Below, piece after piece: positions 60,707 to 64,000 of a stretch of 64,000 nucleotides of DNA. The DNA lies in NCBI GenBank assembly GCA_041615815.1, contig JBFJCP010000019.1:28751-92750 (forward strand), read 5' to 3'. Source of the DNA: Gemmatimonadales bacterium (GTDB lineage: Bacteria > Gemmatimonadota > Gemmatimonadetes > Gemmatimonadales > GWC2-71-9). The number at the start of each line of letters is the position of its first letter. Positions within the stretch are counted from its first letter, which is position 1. The notes beneath the pieces are model-generated. The model was not told the DNA's origin and made no database searches. It was given only the letters and a program-made list of their open reading frames with translations. A program made the translations under genes and the position numbers.

Positions 60707-63700
60707 ATGAGGTGTACCGCTATGTCTCTGTCCTGTAGGTGGTACGCATTCTTGGCACCGCTGGTGCTCCTGCTCGCGCTTCCCGCCTCCGCGGGGGCCC
60801 AGGGGCAGGCAACCACGGGCATCATTCGTGGCACCGTCACCGATCTCCAGGGCGATCCAGTCGCCGAAGCGATGGTCGTCTTAGTAGAGACGCGGACCAA
60901 TTTCCGTCGTGAGATCCAAACGACCACCGCCGGCGTGTTCATCGTGCCGTTGCTCCCGTTGGGGATCTACGACGTGCAGGTACGCGCCGCAGGCTTCCAG
61001 GAGGCCCGGCAGACCGGGATTCAGCTGCGCGTCGGTGAGACTGTGGATATCCGCCTGGTGCTCGGCCGTGCCGTGGCCCTCGAGGCCATCGAGGTCGTGG
61101 CGACGCCGCTGGCCGTGGATCCCACACGGTCCGAAGCGGCCACGCGGCTTCCCGAGGCCGCCGTCAAAGGGCTTCCCAATAACGGCCGGGACTTCCTCAA
61201 CCTCACGACGCTGACGCCGAACGTGAACATCGTGCAGGGTCCCGATGGCGACGAATTGAGCGTGGCGGGACAGCGCGGGATCCATAACAACGTGAGCGTG
61301 GACGGCGCCGATTTCAACAACCCGTTTTTCGGCGAGCAACGGGGCGGGCAGCGACCTCCGTTCACGTTCAATCTGGATGCCGTAGACGAAATCGTGGTGG
61401 TCGCAAACGGGGCCAATGCCGAGTTCGGTCGGTCGGGTGGCGGCTTCGTCAACGTGATCACCAAGTCGGGTACCAATGAGTTCCATGGCACGGTTCACTA
61501 CTTTGGCAAGTACGACGCCCTCTCGGCTAATCCGAGACACGCGAACCTGACTCGCGACCCGGACTTCAGGCAGCACCAGATCGGTTTCACGTTGGGCGGG
61601 CCGATCGTGCGCGATAAGGCGTTTTTCTTCACCGCGTTGGACATCCAAGACCTGGCGGATACGCGACAGAAGGATCCGAATCGGATTCGTGGCGCGAGCC
61701 CGGCGCTCGGGGCGTGGATCGACACCGCCTTCGGCGGCGCGCTACTGGGGGACGACGGGCCTATCGATCGGACTGACAATGCCCGCGCCTTCCTCGCCAA
61801 ATTCGACTTCCGCCTCGGAGACCGGCACAACCTGTCCCTCAAGTACAACTACACCTGGTCGCAGCAGGAAAACGGTACCTTCGACGTGGACTCGTGGCTG
61901 CGGAGCGCCAACGCCCTTGAGAAGGATTTCTCGCACGCCGTCAACGGCCGGTTGTCGTCGATCGTCTCGTCGCGCGTCACGAACGAGTTCGGGTTCCAGG
62001 TTTCCCGTGAGGATCGACCTCGTCCCTACAGCGGGCCCACGATTCCCGGAACGACGGCACCGCCCGGGGTGACGACGCCTAACGGCGAGCGACCGTTTCC
62101 GGACACCGCGATGGACTTTGGGGGGCAGTTCCGCCTGGGGATGCCGTTCTTCATTCCGGTCGAGTATTACGATTCACGCATCCAGATCCTCGACAACGTG
62201 TCGATTGCCGCGGGCAACCACCTGATCAAGTTGGGCGGCGAATGGAACCGTGTGGAGTCGGTCCAGACGTTCATCGGCTTCGCCAACGCGCGGTGGATCT
62301 TCAGCTCGGTCCAGGGCTTCCTGAATTTCGTCGAGTTCGGGAACGGGTATGTCGAGTGCTCTGGAGGCAGCAGTTCGACCACCGGCGCATGCCCCGCGGG
62401 TGAGACGCCCGTTGGGCCGGTGCTCCTCTACCTCCAGCAGGCCGGAGTGGGAGGCAATACCGTGGAGGAGGCGGGAACCCAGAGCATCCCACAGCACGAG
62501 CTGGCGTTCTTCATCCAGGACACGTGGAAGCCCCACCCCAACCTTACGCTCAACATCGGGCTCCGCTGGGAAGCCTCGATTCAGCCCGACGTGCGGACAC
62601 CCCCCAGTGAGGTGTTCTTCGCGGACTTCATCGGGACCACCAGCATGGGCCAAGAGTTTCCGTCCGACGGCACCATCCCCTCCGACTGGAACAATTGGCA
62701 GCCGCGATTCGGATTCGCGTGGGACGCACAGGGGAACGGCAAGACGGTGCTTCGGGGGAGCGCCGGGCTGTATTATGCGCGGATCCCCGGCCTGAATCTG
62801 GCCAGCACCCGCAGCACCAACGGGTCCATTGGCCAAACCATCTTTCGCAACAACGAGCTGACGTTCCTGGGTCCGTTACCGAATTACGACGAGCTGCTCC
62901 CCGAGCCAGGACCCGCCGATCCGGTGTTCTTCCCCGACGTCTACGTGTTCGACAAGGACTTCGGGAACCCGCGGACGTTCGCCGCCACGTTCGGTTTCGA
63001 GCAGGATCTGGGCAACAATCTCTCCGGTTCCATCGACTACACCCACTCGCGCACCGACAACCTGACCCGATTCGTCAATAGCAACGACGCGCTGTTTGGG
63101 AGTCCGTGGTCGAGCGGGCTCGAACCCGGTGGGGGCAATGGGATCCTCACGCTTTGGACGGTCGAATCCACGGCCAAGTCACGCTACAACGGGTTGACCT
63201 TCGGACTGCAATACAAGAATCCGTTCGACCCCGATCTGCTCCGGTTCCAGATCAACTATACGCTCTCGTGGGACAAGTCCGACGACGACAACGAGCGGGA
63301 CCCGTTCAGCTTCCGCTATGCGCGAGCCGATGATTTTTCGTCGGATTACAATTGGAGCGACCGGGACCAGCGGCACCGGCTCAACGCGTGGCTCCTGACG
63401 ACGTTTCCGGGAGACATTGTCATCAACAACCGTATCAGTGCGCGGTCCGCGCAGCCGGTCTCGTTGAGCTGCGGGCCGAGTGAGTTGAGCCCTCTGGCGC
63501 CACCGATGGGGCAGCGAATCGTGAATGGCGAGCAAGACCGAAACTGCGGCGCTATCGCCGATAACAACGTCTTGAAGCGCAATTCGGCGCGAAAGGACAA
63601 CGCCTTCTTTTCGTGGGACATCCGCGTTTCGAAGCTGTTCCGAGCCGGCGGATACGGCGCGTTCGAGCTGATTTTCGAAGTGTTCAACGTGACCAACACG

Positions 63701-63814
63701 GACAATTTCCTGGATCCCACGTTTACGGGCCTCCTGTTCAACTTCGACGGCACCGTGCAGACGGGTCTTGGCGCCCCACGGCAAGCGCAGGTAGGGGTCC
63801 GCTACATCTTCTAG
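60707..63814 (+). CDS. TonB-dependent receptor, Oar-like
   Basis: Signal peptide, GTVTD..G domain, LPNNGRDFLNL, AEFGRSGGG..NVITKSGTN, C-terminal RQAQVGVRYIF. Confidence 0.92.
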   Translation: MRCTAMSLSCRWYAFLAPLVLLLALPASAGAQGQATTGIIRGTVTDLQGDPVAEAMVVLVETRTNFRREIQTTTAGVFIVPLLPLGIYDVQVRAAGFQEARQTGIQLRVGETVDIRLVLGRAVALEAIEVVATPLAVDPTRSEAATRLPEAAVKGLPNNGRDFLNLTTLTPNVNIVQGPDGDELSVAGQRGIHNNVSVDGADFNNPFFGEQRGGQRPPFTFNLDAVDEIVVVANGANAEFGRSGGGFVNVITKSGTNEFHGTVHYFGKYDALSANPRHANLTRDPDFRQHQIGFTLGGPIVRDKAFFFTALDIQDLADTRQKDPNRIRGASPALGAWIDTAFGGALLGDDGPIDRTDNARAFLAKFDFRLGDRHNLSLKYNYTWSQQENGTFDVDSWLRSANALEKDFSHAVNGRLSSIVSSRVTNEFGFQVSREDRPRPYSGPTIPGTTAPPGVTTPNGERPFPDTAMDFGGQFRLGMPFFIPVEYYDSRIQILDNVSIAAGNHLIKLGGEWNRVESVQTFIGFANARWIFSSVQGFLNFVEFGNGYVECSGGSSSTTGACPAGETPVGPVLLYLQQAGVGGNTVEEAGTQSIPQHELAFFIQDTWKPHPNLTLNIGLRWEASIQPDVRTPPSEVFFADFIGTTSMGQEFPSDGTIPSDWNNWQPRFGFAWDAQGNGKTVLRGSAGLYYARIPGLNLASTRSTNGSIGQTIFRNNELTFLGPLPNYDELLPEPGPADPVFFPDVYVFDKDFGNPRTFAATFGFEQDLGNNLSGSIDYTHSRTDNLTRFVNSNDALFGSPWSSGLEPGGGNGILTLWTVESTAKSRYNGLTFGLQYKNPFDPDLLRFQINYTLSWDKSDDDNERDPFSFRYARADDFSSDYNWSDRDQRHRLNAWLLTTFPGDIVINNRISARSAQPVSLSCGPSELSPLAPPMGQRIVNGEQDRNCGAIADNNVLKRNSARKDNAFFSWDIRVSKLFRAGGYGAFELIFEVFNVTNTDNFLDPTFTGLLFNFDGTVQTGLGAPRQAQVGVRYIF

Positions 63815-63836
63815 GATCCATTGGAGTTTCGAGGAC

Positions 63837-63877
63837 GACAACGTGGCCGGGGGTCTCCTCCCGGCCACGTTTTTGTC
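63837..63877 (+). terminator. Intrinsic terminator
   Basis: AACGTGGCCGGG..CCCGGCCACGTT followed by a T-run. Confidence 0.8.
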
Positions 63878-64000
63878 ACTCACCCCCGGGGTCCTGTCCT
63901 CACACGGGGACACGGTGTGCCCATTTGCCGACCTTCGTAGCCTCTGTTATCTCGTTGTCTCTATTTGCGTTACGTGTTTGCCGTCCCGTGGCACGGCTCT

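Overview
High-GC, gene-dense bacterial chromosome segment from a diderm; gene style is compatible with Gemmatimonadota, which is an inference and not checked. About 58 CDS and one tRNA-Leu(TAG); no rRNA, CRISPR array, transposase or integrase seen. Housekeeping genes: queD-like PTPS, guaB, nrnA, mrp, the ubiE-ubiD-ubiA-ubiX menaquinone late-step block, mutM, purD, metB-like, glmM-glmS-dtd-maf, trpE and tig-clpP-clpX-engB. Most interesting elements: (1) a Ddl-like ATP-grasp ligase overlapping a four-zinc-ribbon HExxH metallopeptidase, placed between mutM and a truncated UvrC/Cho-like nuclease in one overlapping operon; (2) an orphan GspE/PilB ATPase fused to a receiver domain, with a probable GTT start, facing a hybrid kinase across an IHF-consensus site plus 12-bp-period repeats; (3) a polyol-phosphate/glyco-envelope cluster around tRNA-Leu (IPCT/DIPPS-like fusion, second CDP-alcohol phosphotransferase, VTT protein, flippase, GT2, GT4, decayed MMPL gene); (4) a leaderless 24-codon uORF plus hairpin before guaB; (5) a recurring TAnnnT-(5-8 nt)-ATG leaderless signature; (6) an ECF sigma/anti-sigma/bactofilin-membrane operon. 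All calls come from motif reading by eye, and many start codons were adjusted manually from the ORF track.
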